In this document: one piece after another, positions 40,623-54,307 of the stretch | Position numbering within the stretch: the first letter of the stretch is position 1 | How the letters are laid out: each line of letters opens with the position of its first letter | Assembly: GCF_006345805.1 (NCBI RefSeq) | Contig: NC_043004.1 | Coordinates: 24,118,001 to 24,182,000, forward strand | Length of the DNA stretch: 64,000 bases | Source: Octopus sinensis | Taxonomy: Eukaryota | Direction of reading: 5' to 3' | Notes under the pieces: generated by a model | The model's database searches: none | Seen by the model: the letters and a program-made list of their open reading frames with translations, nothing else | Told to the model about the DNA's origin: nothing | Made by a program: the position numbers and the translations under genes

Positions 40623-41069
40623 AGAAAGAGATAGAAAACAGGGGAAGAGAAAGGGGGGCAGAGGCAGAGAAGGTGGGGTAGAAATGGGGAAGAAAGAAAA
40701 GGAAAAGGCGAGAGTGGGAAGGGGAGAGAGAAAAAGCGAAAACGAGAAAAGGGAGAGGTTAAAATGGAGAGGGGAGGTAGAGAGAGGGTGAATGTGGAAG
40801 GGGGGGGGGGAAGGGATGACAAGGGGAGAGGGTGGCAAGGGGGAGATGGGTAGCAAGGGGGAGATGGTTAGCAAGTGGAGGGTTGACAAGGGGAGGGGTG
40901 GCTAGGGGAGCATGAGTGAATGAGGGAGAGTGAAAGGAGAAGGGGAAGGGGAGCAGTAGAGGATGGGCAGAGGAGGGGACAGGGGTAGAAGTAGAGGAGG
41001 GCTGGGGATAGAAGGGAGACAAGGAAGGAGGGAGAGGCAGAGGAAGAGAGAGGTGAAGGGAAAGAGAGA
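40575..41069. repeat. Polypurine (G/A-rich) tract with many G-runs, upstream of the receptor exon
   Basis: Nearly pure purine on the plus strand; includes a subrepeat of about 17-18 bp (caagggggagatgggtag) at about 40820-40910. Confidence 0.9.
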
Positions 41070-41169
41070 NNNNNNNNNNNNNNNNNNNNNNNNNNNNNNN
41101 NNNNNNNNNNNNNNNNNNNNNNNNNNNNNNNNNNNNNNNNNNNNNNNNNNNNNNNNNNNNNNNNNNNNN
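41070..41169. other. Assembly gap, 100 N
   Basis: Run of N. Confidence 1.
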
Positions 41170-42684
41170 GATCCTATCGACTAAAGTTTTTCCAAGGTGG
41201 TACCCCTCCATGGCCGTAGTCTAATGACTGAAACAAGTAGAAGATACTATATATCTAACTATCTATCTATATACAGAAAGATATACATATACATACACAA
41301 CACACATATAATAATATATGATATGTATATATATCTATTATATATATATATATATATTTTAAAACTGTTGTAATAATTACAACATTTAATAAAATGATGT
41401 AGTACGAAACGATCGTACCAAATTAACGGAGTCATTCTTGTTGCTTATTTTGATTATAATCACCCCACGGATTTTTATGGATAACACCATACAGAATCCT
41501 GATGCATCTAAATTAAGTACCATATTCATTTGAATCCAAATTTTTGCTGAACTTATATATATATATATATATATATTAATCTATCTTTCTGCCTTCAGAT
41601 ATATTAGTTTATCTAGTTACTTATATGTCTATTTATTCAGGTGTATGAGTTTGTATTTATCTCCATATATGTTAATCGATGTGTTTGTATATCTGTTTAC
41701 TTAGCTACCTATTTATCCATCAATAGTCTTGTTTGTGTTCGGGCCTTGTGCCTAGAGTAGAAAAGAATATTTCTCTTCGCGTGTATCTCTCTCTATTTAT
41801 CTATCGCCATTTAATTTATTTTGTCTTATTACCGATATAACGATTCTCTCTAATCTCTCTCACCTTCTCTTTATTTATTTCTCTCTCTTTCCCTCTCTCT
41901 GACACACATACTGCAATCATGATTTTGAACACTGACCCCATACAGTTCAAGTTCAGTACCTACATTACCACTGACACCACCATTATTACTACCATCATCA
42001 TCATCATCATCATCACCACCACCACCACCACCACCACCACCACCACCACCACCACCATCATAATTATTATTATCATCATCCTCATCATCACTATCTTCAT
42101 CGCGGGCATCATCATAGCCAGAATGAGGACCACCACCACTACTGTCTTCATCCTTGTTGTCGTCACCACCAACATCACGACCGACATCATCATCATCATT
42201 AACAACATCAGCATCGGCGCTAACATTATTTCGAACAATCTAGAATTTACGACCTTTGATGCTGGATCTTCTATTTTATTCAGTTCAATGTCCTTACTTC
42301 GCCGGCCCTTCCCTACTCCCTCTCTGTTTGTAATTAGAAAACATTCGCCAAACTGTATATATTTCCATTCGTTCAGCCACTGTCGAAACACTGACTAAGC
42401 ACGCCAATACCCGCTTATCTATGCTGATTACGTAATGCCATCTGTCAGAGTGTCCTGTTGATCAAATGATTAGTACCTCGGTTAAATTTAAATTATGCAT
42501 ACAAAAAGCCGGAAGAGATCTTGCGAAGGATCTTGTAGAAGTCCAACAGGAAGAAAGATAATACTGAAATATTGTGCCCAGCGGTACCTGAACATGGAGT
42601 GTATACCGCTAGAGCAAACACAAGATATATTCTGTCTTTCGCTATAATTACTCCACTGTCATTTTGCCGCTTTATTTAATACAA

Positions 42685-42730
<46 letters not shown>

Positions 42731-42810
42731 CACACATAGACACACACACACACACAATATCTATGTTTGCATATGTGTATGTATGTAAGTATGTATGATG
42801 TACCTATGTA

Positions 42811-43000
42811 AGGCGAGCTAGCAAAATCGTTAGCACACCGGGCAAAATGTTTAGCGGCATTTCATCCGTCTTTAAGTTGTGGGTTCAAATTCTGCCGAGA
42901 TCGACTTTGCCTTTCATCCCTTCGGGATCGATAAGTTAAATGCCTGTCGAATACTTACCCCTCCCCTAAAATTGCTGGTCCTCTGCTAAAATTTGAAACC
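42811..43000 (+). mobile_element. SINE family A
   Basis: ggcgagctagcaaaatcgttagcac...ggttcaaattctgccgagatcgactttgcctttcatcc. Confidence 0.85.
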
Positions 43001-43024
43001 TATATATATATACACGCATAACTA

Positions 43025-43600
43025 CATAGTGTTCGGGCAAAATTTGACGATGTTTTTAACGTCTCATGTTTTTTTTTCTCAGGAGCAGTTTAATGTATTG
43101 GTGATCTATCCACGGCGTTGGAGAGCATAAAGTTTAAAGTTGTAGTTGAGAAAACCTTAGCTAACATGGAGCACTGGAAGCCATTCTGAATATTGGAAAA
43201 GAGTTACCTGGATCATGACGGTTTGCGCCAGATATCGAAGTGACGACAATCATGTCTCCCACTCAAGGCTCTGTGAACACTGCCAAGACTGTATGGACAG
43301 GTGAACTGAGACTACAAATCCGTGGTCAGCAGGAAGGGACGCCTACTGCGTCCACACGCCGAAATCTCCAACACTATGAACAGGATCTTAGGTTCAATTC
43401 AGACAGGTTATGTGGAGCTACTGGAGACTGTGGTCAATCCCTTATTGAAGAGGATTGCTACTGGGAAGTCATATGTGTGGCAGGAAGATTCGGCTCCTTG
43501 CCATACTTTCGAAAAGAGTCAGGAGTGGTTGTCGGTGAATTCCTACGGTTTCTGATCTCTTAATACCCTCGATTGTAATCCATGGATTACTTCGTGTGGG
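43025..43600 (+). mobile_element. Second maT-like transposase remnant
   Basis: YVELLETVVNPLLKRIATGKSYVWQEDSAPCHT..KSQEWLS, then a DCNP-like motif; homologous to 1113-1346. Confidence 0.8.
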
Positions 43601-43870
43601 GAAATAGGGATTAAATAAATGCCTTGATTAGTGCTCCATTTAATGCTTGGTACACAACTTGTAACATACAACTTAGGTAACTTTTAGGTCCTATTACCTA
43701 CAGGATTTTTACATTGTCACGTGAGACTATTTTTTTTTTTGCTCTTCGTCTCGTTTTATCCACCTTTTGTCATCTATTGTAACAACATATATCCTCGAAG
43801 CTTATTAACTTCCTACACTTAGACCCTTCGACTTAGACAACTCTTGGATCTATTCAACTCTCTCTCTCTC

Positions 43871-43911
<41 letters not shown>

Positions 43912-44113
43912 CACAATACACACACGGACACGCATATACACGCACGTACACACACATGTATACATAGGGATATAAAGTTCCTTGCTCACCGGTTTACTTT
44001 TAGTATGGAAATCTTGATCGAAATTTATTTTTCCCCGTGTACATTAACTAGAACTCGGTATTTTTCATAAATATTTAAATTACTTTCAAATAAAATATTT
44101 AATCCTTTCATAT

Positions 44114-44158
44114 TTGCCGATAGAGCTGTTTCGATATTTCGTGTCTCATCAGTAGCAA
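44114..44158 (-). ncRNA. Degenerate minimal hammerhead-like motif
   Basis: Minus strand: TTGCTA-CTGATGA-GACA cgaaa TATC-GAAAC-AGCT-CTA-TCGGCAA. Core intact; helices II and III each have a mismatch. Confidence 0.4.
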
Positions 44159-44589
44159 GCCCTTTGGCATTACATTAAATTATCTGGCAGCAGTGAGAAA
44201 CCACTTGAAATAATAAAATGTTATGAAGAAATAGAAATATTTGATGCAAATAATTCAAATCTTTTATATTAGAGAAGTGATGAAGTGGAAATTAACAGCA
44301 AGTTTAAACATTTAAAAAGTTATTATATGAATCGCAATTGAAGTTGACAGCGAGATATTCAAGCAAAAAGAGCTAAAGAAAAATAAAAGACATAGGAAGA
44401 AAATTTTAACAAGAAAATTTCTTCATTAATAAGACAACCAAAGGTAATTTAGAAAAAAAAAAACGCGCAAACGCCTGGTTTACCATGTCAATTCTAAACA
44501 TTAAATGTGCTCGATCCCAGCTTCATCTCCCTACTAAAAAAAGTGCAATCAGGGTAAGCCCAACTTTTGCAGCAAAGGCACGATACCAG

Positions 44590-45020
44590 AAATTTTTGAA
44601 ATAAGGCACTAGTCGATTGTATTGACCCTCGCATTTGACTAGTACTTTATTTGATCAACCCGGAAGATTGAAAGGTAATGTTTACCTCATCGTTATTTGA
44701 ACTCAGAAAGGCGGCGAGCTGGCAGAAACTTAGCACGCCGGGTGAAATGCTTTGCAGTATTTCGCCTGCCGTTACTTTCTGAGTTCAAATTCCGCCGAGG
44801 TCGACTTTGCCTTTCATCCTTTCGGGGTCGATTAAATAAGTACCAGTTACGCACTGGGGGCGACATAATCGACTTAATCCGTTTGTCTGTCCTTGTTTGT
44901 CCTGTCTGTGTTTAGCCCCTTGTGGGTAGTAAAGAAATAGGTATTTGAACTCAGGCCGTAAAGAGCCGTAACCAAATACTGCAATGTGTTTTGCTCGACG
45001 CTGTAACAATTCTACCATCC
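44590..45020 (-). mobile_element. Old SINE family A copy hosting a nested younger SINE
   Basis: 3' part at 44590-44706 and head at 44942-45020 flank the insertion. Confidence 0.75.
44707..44941 (+). mobile_element. Young SINE family A copy with a 13-bp target-site duplication
   Basis: TATTTGAACTCAG at 44694-44706 and 44942-44954. Confidence 0.92.
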
Positions 45021-45191
45021 TATGAGTTAGTAACTCAATTAAAAGAGCACATCGTCGAAAACGGCTGAGATCTATTTCATTTATTATACCACTGTACTAG
45101 AGATATCTCTTATTTATGGTTATATTCTTAGTCAGAGCACAATCCAAAGCGAGCATAATTATCATTTGAAGTGTGACCGTTGTCTTTTATC

Positions 45192-45420
45192 ATGTGGCTT
45201 AGTGTGTTGGACTCATGATCGTAAGATTGTGCTTTCGATTCCTGGACCAGGCGATGCGTTGTGTTGTTGAGCAAAGCAATTCATTTCACGTTGTTCCAGT
45301 CCACTAAGCTGGCAAAAATAAGTAATCCTGCGACGGACCGGCGTCCCGTCAAGATGGGGGATATATACACCACGGAAACCGAGAAACCCGCTCTAAGGAG
45401 TCTATATGGCTCAGGGAAGA
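45192..45420 (+). mobile_element. SINE family D variant
   Basis: gtggcttagtg...gatcgtaagattgtgctttcgattcc...ccagtccactaagctggcaaaaat. Confidence 0.8.
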
Positions 45421-45844
45421 ACTTTACTTACTATTGTTTTTTTTTATTAGAAGTATGTACGACTATATACTTACTGTATCCTTTTTATACAGCAGTGAAT
45501 AAAATAAACACCAGTTACGTATTGAAGGTTTTATAGCATCGAAGCTACCCCATATCAGAATAGGTATGGTGGATTGGCAAAATCATGAGAGAAATGGATA
45601 AGGCTCGGCGTTCAATCCAATGAATTTCAACATGACTTTCATCGATAAAATAAAAGGTAATGAAATAAGAGAGTTATTTTAATCGATTAACTTCACCTCG
45701 AATTCTTGGGAATTATTATTTGACAAATTTTTTAGGATATAGGCGAAATATTTTGTTGTGTTCGTAGTTATGGACATTTATGGACTGCGTTCTAGCAAAG
45801 AAGTCTACTACTGTGCCTTCCAAATTTGGTATATACATGAACGT

Positions 45845-46160
45845 ATGGCTACGTGATTAAGAAGCTCGCTTTGCAACTACGCTTTGGGGTTTCAGTCCCA
45901 CTGCGCAGCACTTTGGAAAAGTGCACAGGTATGTGTTTTTGTGTTTCTGGTTAACCATTACACCGCATGAGAACCAGAGTTCGTTTGCTTACCTCCTCGT
46001 AGCTAAGGGGTTCGGAATAAAAAAAAAACAAAAGAATAAATATCAGACTTGACAAAAATAAGTCCTGGGGGTCGATTTGCTCGTTTGAACCCTTTAAGGC
46101 GGTGTCCCAGCATGGCTGCTGTCCAATGACAGAGACAATTAAAAGATAAACAGATAAAAG
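45845..46160 (+). mobile_element. Composite SINE, degenerate, with almost no internal microsatellite
   Basis: Head ...cagtcccactgcgcagcactttggaaaagtg; tail aataagtcctgggggtcgatttgctcg...ggcggtgtcccagcatggc...aatgacagagac. Confidence 0.75.
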
Positions 46161-47677
46161 AGATGTGAAAAATACATTATCGTTCTGCTACATTTATGTC
46201 ACTCACCTTGCTATGCCACAAGTGCAATCTATTACTAGATAACACACAATCTTGAGTCACAATGACATTGTAATATTTTGATGCACACCTTATTTTGTCG
46301 CAATTGCACTTAAATACTGTATCACGCACATTATAGTACCGCTAGGACCGCTGCGTAATGTCTTTCACTGTATTTGCTTTGCTTACTACTCATAATTTTT
46401 ACAACTCTATTCATCTTGCATGTTACAGCATATCAAAATTTTCGTCACTGACAAATTTCAAACAGGTCAATCATTGATTCACTGCAGCTAATGGTAAGTC
46501 TGGCAATATCTATGCAGCATAAGCAGGATAGAAATGTCAATAAACATGTTAAAATTTAGAACAGAGAATGTAAAATTTGTTCGCCACTCTAAATTATAGG
46601 AAATTTTCCACCGGTGTTTATTATATTTCACCAGTATATACAGCAGTTGGAACTTATCAGTATGTTGCTTCCTCTCAAATTGCAATGAGGCTTAACGATT
46701 TACTTCGGGTTTATATCGCTTTCGGTACTTACGTTGGCAACATATATTCCATGACATTTTTTACAACCAACTAAACATGTACTATCTATCTCAGATGCGA
46801 TCACCGGAAACTTTGGTCCTGACTAAAATCCCCAGTTCATCTAACATAATATTTATAATATTATTCACAAGGGTGCATTAAGTACTCATATTTTTATACT
46901 ACAACAAAAACAAAAGCTCTGTAATATATATTTTTACAAGGAAAACGGTTGACTGCGAACAGTGAGTTTCGTCACGTATTGGATTCGTCAGATAGCAAAA
47001 TTCTTTAATGTTAGCTATTAACTATATGTTTAGAATCAGTTTATGGGTGGAGCATAAAGAGTGAAATGGGAGCTTAGTTTACAAAATAGTTGCCTTTATA
47101 GAAAAAGCAGGTTGGACTGAGGAGTATAAAAAGTACACTCTTAACCTTTGGAGTCGGATGTACAGCAAAAGGTTTGCAAGGTAATCTAAAATGGAACTAA
47201 AATGTTTAAATGAATGAAGGAACGAAATTGAAGAAGAAGAAGAAGAAGAAGAAGAGAAGAAGAAGAAGAAGAAGAAGAAGAAGAGAAGAAGAAGAAGAAG
47301 AAGAGTTGCTATAGGAAAAAAAATTTAAACACTAAATAGTACAGTTGCAAAGTGACATTAGCTCAAGAGTGTATAACTACGGATTTGAGCTACGATTGGA
47401 TCAAGACAATTTGGACCAGATATGGAATTTCGCACGGAAAACTATAGCTTCTTGACATCTATAGGCGTCAAAAGGTGTTGAAGGAAGGCAAACAATCACA
47501 GCTAACGTTAGGAATATTAAGTCAGAAAAAATTGAAAAAAATAACTACCTCAAAGGAGCTTGGCTAAAGGTAATAAAGTACAGGCAATAAAGTACAAATA
47601 TGTTTCTGGATGGTGCCCAAGAAACTATTCTGGGAGAAGAGTGCAGGGAGAGCAGACAAGTGTTGAAACACACACAC

Positions 47678-47716
<39 letters not shown>

Positions 47717-47719
47717 TAT

Positions 47720-47795
<76 letters not shown>

Positions 47796-47798
47796 TAC

Positions 47799-47867
<69 letters not shown>

Positions 47868-48494
47868 CGGGGAGATAGATATAGATATATATACACATAT
47901 ATACATATATATATTCTATACATATACACTTACATTCAGACAGAAGTATATATACATCTGTGTGTGTATGTATATATGTATCAATATATGTATGTATGTA
48001 GAGAGGTAACGTCTGAATCAGCCATGACTGCGATATGCTTGTTACGTTTCTAGCTCGTCCATTTCACCCGCAGTTATTACTTTTTATAAGAATCTACGAT
48101 TTCCTGTTTCCCTTACCCATTCTCTTTTGCATCATTCCATCTCCTAAACCATGATTAAATTGTACAATGAAAATGAAATGCGCCATTTTGTCTCGAATGT
48201 TCTGTTTTTTACGTTATATCAGATTCCTTCTCCTCTCTCTTGCTCTCTCTCTTTTTCTGTCGTCCCTCTCTCTCTTTCTCTCTCTGCCTTTCACGTACAC
48301 ACACACAACAATGTATATGTATGCGTGTGTTCATGTGTATTTATATGGGTGGTAATCAAAGTTACAAATGCATGTATAAATCAATGTATAACTATATATT
48401 TAACCATCAGTCTGTCTACCTACATAGTTACATAGTTATCAATCCAGCGATAAACACACACACACGCACGCAAACACACACGCTGTATACATAC

Positions 48495-48554
<60 letters not shown>

Positions 48555-48719
48555 GGTAGATAGATAGATAGATAGATGCCTATATAGATAAAGATGTATA
48601 TGGATATATATATATATATATATACAGATATAGATAGATATATATTATATATATAGATATATATGTATATATATATATAGATATAGATATATATATATAA
48701 TATATAATAGATATATATG

Positions 48720-48751
<32 letters not shown>

Positions 48752-48774
48752 ATATATAATATATATATATATAT

Positions 48775-48809
<35 letters not shown>

Positions 48810-49650
48810 ATATATGTGTGTGTATGTGTATATATATATAGGACAAGCAAGTTAGGCAAGATGATATAAAAAAGATATTAAATAAATTCAATACCAAAAA
48901 TATACATACAAAAAGTCTGATTTACACAGAATAGAAATGATATCTGGAATTAAAGGACCTGAGTAAGATTTTCACTAGTCGAGCAGTAGTTTCTGGGGGA
49001 TTGATAGTGCAAAATAATGATTGTAACTTGATTCCATCGGATGACACCAGCCACCATCTTCAGGGAAGAATTTTACGTTTCCCGCAATACAAATTCCTCT
49101 CAGTGAACATATAGATAACATCAAACCAAATTTCACAGTCTTCCCTTTCTACCAGTGCAAAGACGCAATCTCTCAACTAGAACGTTTAAATAAAGAAACT
49201 TTTTTCATTGAAAAATACAACACACGTCTTAATATGCACGCATAACCAAATTTTATATATTTTTACATATTTCAATTCACGATTACATCACTGTACATAA
49301 ATCCCTTACTAAACAAGGTTTTTAAAACGTGTCTCTGTTTTGTACACATATTTAATCCCCACCCATTACCGAAAGTTGAGCAGTTACTCCCTTACACAGA
49401 ACAATAGCAATAATAACAACCAATTACCTCCCTTTATTTATCTACTTGTGAAATCATTCACTCGTGAATTTCATCACACACAACATGGACCAAATTTCTT
49501 CTTAAGACAAAATATATATTCAAATAAGTAAAACATATTATCATGAATAGCGATAGCGAAACCGGTCGATATATTAAAAATTATATTAAAACTATGTAAG
49601 TGTGCGTATTTTCCTGTTTTTAATTTCTTATATATATATACTCATATACT

Positions 49651-49692
<42 letters not shown>

Positions 49693-49693
49693 G

Positions 49694-49734
<41 letters not shown>

Positions 49735-49760
49735 AATATACATATACATATATAATATAC

Positions 49761-49807
<47 letters not shown>

Positions 49808-49909
49808 CTTATAAATATATAATATATATTATATATATATATATTATATATACATATACTTATAAATATATAAATACATATATATATACATATATATATA
49901 TACATATAC

Positions 49910-49948
<39 letters not shown>

Positions 49949-50348
49949 TATATATATATGCATGGTAAAATATATTTACCTCTTTTCGTTTGTTCCGATT
50001 GCTTTTTTGCACTAAGTTTACACTTCCTCTCAGACACTTGTAATTATATTCCTCTCTCACTGTTACTAATTCTCTCCGCTGTCCCACCTCTCTCTCTTCC
50101 ACTTCTTAATATTTCCCCTCATTACTTCTTACACTCTATCTACAATGGCCTACATACCCTCAGAATGATGCCAATTTTCGACTTCTTCAGCTAATTTTTA
50201 TGTTACCAAATCTTTTAAGAACTCTTTATTCTTTCATCTTGGTTTTAATTTTTAGCAATTCATTTATTAATCTCCCATTTCCAATATTATTGTCTGCGTT
50301 TATTCATGTACTGGAATTAAACACACATACACACGCATATAGACACTA

Positions 50349-50446
<98 letters not shown>

Positions 50447-51130
50447 GCATTTCACACACGCATACATTTGTATATGATGCACAAAACGCACGTTGAAAGT
50501 ATGCGTGTGCGTGTGAAAATGAGACTTGACTCTCGTTATTGTGTAACTTTTTCAACATGAATAACACTGAATGAACACACACACACACACACACACCACA
50601 CACACACACACAAACACACAACCAGAAAGAGAGAGAAAGAGACAAAAGCACAGATATATCAAATGGTATACAGCTTAAATTCTTGGGTTATTAAAATTAT
50701 TTCTGCCTGTAGAGAAAATGTCGTAAATACCGAATAGCAATTATGACTACTCCATATGAGTAGGTAAGCTAATCTTAAGAATCAAGAATTTCTCCAGAGA
50801 TGACACGGCATTAAAGAAAGAGATAAGTTTATTGTCTGGAGATAAGAGGACAGAGGTGAACACGTGTTTTTTTTTTACTCAATAGGTGTCACTGGCATGA
50901 TAAATTTCTCACCTTATCTGTTGTAGCCAATGGTCTTAGACTTACACAAAACGAGTAGAAGATATTTATGACTTAGGTAATTTACATAATTTTAACAACA
51001 ATGAGCTAAGAGGACTACTGCTAAGCACTTCACCTGGCGTGCTAACGTTTCTGCATACAGACAAAGAAATCTTGGTGCTCTTAATGATAACTGTATTGTA
51101 GACTATTATAAATGTGTCGCGCGCGTGTAA

Positions 51131-52408
51131 TCAGGATAACTGGAAAGTAAGCAAAGTTTTGAACCATGAAGAATTTGCACCAGATTTATGCAGTGTTTTT
51201 AATGTTTTTAAACATCTTTTTGCTATTGTCTGATAATACAGATATTGACTTGCCCAAATGCATCAATAAATTAACATTGATTTTTTATCACCGTCGTTAC
51301 AATCAACTGAAATGGAACTGTCAGAGCGCAATTTTCGACCAATTTTACTATGCAACTTCGAAACAGGACGTAAAGCAGTTGAAACCGCTCGAGACATCAA
51401 CGAAGTGTTTGGTGAGGAAACGTCCAGTTACTGGTCATCTCAAAAACGGTTTAAACGATTTCGCAGTGGAGACCTGAGCCTTGAAAATCGTGAACGTAGT
51501 GGACGACCATCTGTCATCGACGACGGTCAATTAACGAACGTCATTGAGAAAGATCCACGTAAAACCACTCTGGCAAAAGAAGTTCAAAGTTAGCCAGAAA
51601 ACTGCCTGCAACCATTTGCATGCGATTGGAAAATCAAAAAGGCTCGACAAATGGGTACCACATGATATGAATGAGAATCAGGAATCGCAGATATGAAATT
51701 TGTTCGTTGCTTCTCTGTATCCAGACCGATCCATTTTTCGACCGTATTGTAACTTGTTATGAAAAGTAGATTCTGTACAATAAAAAAAAAGACGTTCTTC
51801 GCAGTGGTTGGACCAAAATGAAGCACCGAAAACTTTCCCTAAACCCGAGCTCTTAGAAAAGAAGGGAAGGTTATGGTGACTGTTTGGTGATGTACTGCTG
51901 GACTCATCCACTATAACTTCATAAAACCAGGAAAAACCATTACTGCAGAAACATATTGCCATGAAATCGCCAAAATAAGCGAAAAACTACTACTCTTTCG
52001 TTCTAGATTGGTCAACAAAAGAGGCCCAAGTATTCTTCATGACAATGATCGACCACACGTTTCACTAATGACGCTCCAGAAGTTGAGGGAACTTGGCTAC
52101 AAAGTTCTTCCCCACTCAGCTTATTCCCCAGATCTTTCTCCTACCGACTATCACTTTTTCAAGCACCTTGATGGTTTTCTGTGAGAGGACTTCAAAAATC
52201 AAACCGATGTTGAAAGTGCGTTCAAAGAGTTCATCAGCTCCATAACTCCAGAATTTTATGTTACTGTAAAAAACAAACTTGTAACCCTTTGGCAAAAATA
52301 TGTTGATTGTAAAGATACTTACTTTGATGAATAAAATCTCCGCATTACTGAAATATATTGTTATGGATTTCATGTTTCAAAATGTTGCTTACTTTTTACT
52401 CAGCCTGA
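51131..52408 (+). mobile_element. Full-length decayed mariner transposon (DD34D type), about 1.28 kb
   Basis: TIRs tcaggataactggaaagtaagcaaagttttgaa and the reverse complement tcaggctgagtaaaaagtaagcaacattttgaa; TA after the 3' end. The TIR start resembles Hsmar1/cecropia-type elements from memory. Confidence 0.95.
51312..52334 (+). pseudogene. Mariner transposase with multiple stops and frameshifts
   Basis: HTH region RFKRFRSGDLSLENRERSGRP; KWVPHD; VTCYEK*ILY (first catalytic D mutated); LHDNDRPH; YSPDLSPTDYHFF; ends YFDE*. Confidence 0.93.
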
Positions 52409-52770
52409 TATTTACACTGATGCATGCATGTATGTAAGCTTGTGCGTATATATTTTTGTACACATTAAAAAACTACAGACGTCAACCGACTGAACCAAAT
52501 GTTTTCGTACAAAAATGTTTAAAATAAAAATATGCTTTATGCAGCAATCTCAGCGCTGCTCATCAGCTTCAGTAGACAGGAAAACGAAATATTAATTAGT
52601 CTCTAGATGGTCGATTCCACCTGTCAAAAACAGCTGCCCAAACTAAGTCAATTATAAAGTTCAATTATAAAGTTCAAACTGGATAATGTAGCCTACGCTT
52701 GAACAAAAGACAAGTTATTAGTATATTCGCTCATACTTTATAATGGCTATATACATATATATATATACAT

Positions 52771-52844
<74 letters not shown>

Positions 52845-52911
52845 TATATATATATTATATATATATATCTGTCTGTCTATCTATCTATCTATATATATAT
52901 ATATATATATA

Positions 52912-53496
52912 TTTAATATGCTAGGCCACTGGTTTTAATTGATTAATATCAATTTCTACCCTTATTAAATTTTAAATAATAAAAAATGATCTCTAACCGG
53001 TAAATTGACTGCTGCTACTTATTGGCTGCAGGGTAGATTTCCGATCTCAGCGCGCCAAAGTGAAGCATTTGAAAGATACACATAAATATAATTGGTTGGA
53101 CTCTATGCACGCGAGACTCCGGTCAAACGTTTTTGTATCTAGTCCTGCAAATTGCATTTCTATATGACAGACTATGTTGATGAGTTTAGAGGTATCCATA
53201 TGCGTGGATAATAACAATCGAAACTGATCGGTACATAGGTAATCATTTTTATTTCGTATATTTTCATTTGTCTTGCTTATTTTATGCTTTGGTTTGTGCT
53301 GAGTTTTTTTATTTGAGAACATATTCTTGGTGGAAAATAGCGATTTGACATCTATATCTAGCATGTTGACTGTCCACTTTTAGTGGTCACTCCTTTAAAT
53401 TTCGTATGTAAAAATATTTTAATCTTCGGATTTTTTAATATGCTAGGCCACTGGTTTTAATTGATTAATATCAATTTCTACCCTTATTAAATTTTA
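52912..53496. mobile_element. Element bounded by identical 63-bp direct repeats (52912-52974, 53434-53496); Penelope-like partial tandem
   Basis: Repeats are 63/63 identical, with (TA)n outside both; GCAGCCAA family motif on the minus strand at about 53022-53029; weak DVKSLF RT-like peptide in ORF 53047-53364. Confidence 0.55.
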
Positions 53497-54267
53497 TATA
53501 TATAGGATAGTGGCTACAGGAATATCAGCCGTCTGTTTATCAGGATTGAACTGAAGGCTAAACTACCACAACGAAAACTAAAAGCAGAAATGGGGGCAAG
53601 TATCGTTGACATCAGTATAAACTATGTATGATAAGAGGTTAGCTAAAGAGAAGATAACATTACTTATCCCAACCGTCACGCCCTCGACCCACTACAACAA
53701 CAATATTGATTGGTGAGCAAAGAACCAGGTTTAGCATTTCAGAAATAGGGAAACACAGGAACCAGAAATCAATGGAAGAATGAGAAAATAGCAAGAATAA
53801 ACGTGTAGCAGAACACAATTAAGAAACGGAAGACAATCACTGACACATGTATAACTGTATGAATATAGATACGTGCACACATATAGGCACACACACATGC
53901 ACAAACGCACACACAAACGCACACACAAACACACACATACATTAGAAAGGCAAGCACACAATAAGTAGCGAACGAATGTATTTATATGAAAAGATGCACA
54001 TTCAATAATATGATCAAGTCTTGTTTTTACATCTGTTTCGCATGATATATATCTAGTTGACATTTTAACCAAGCATGTTGTGCAAGGAAATTTAATATCG
54101 CACCGTTGTTGTAGGTATTTTTAGTGTCAAAGGAAGTGTAGCACGGAGTTATCGAAGTCTGTATTAGTTGGTTCTAGTTCTTTGAATATATGCATATTCA
54201 TCATATATGTAACGTACATAGGCATTGCAAAACCCATATCCGTAACATATGTGTGTGAATCATGTAG

Positions 54268-54307
<40 letters not shown>

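Noticed and set aside
49040-49090. Minus-strand GAAACGTA...CTGAAGA as a type II hammerhead
   Set aside because: Neither helix I nor helix II can pair.
52525-52570. Minus-strand CTGATGA followed by a GCAGC/GCTGC hairpin
   Set aside because: The stem is followed by ATAAAG rather than GAAA, and no helix III or cleavage triplet is present.
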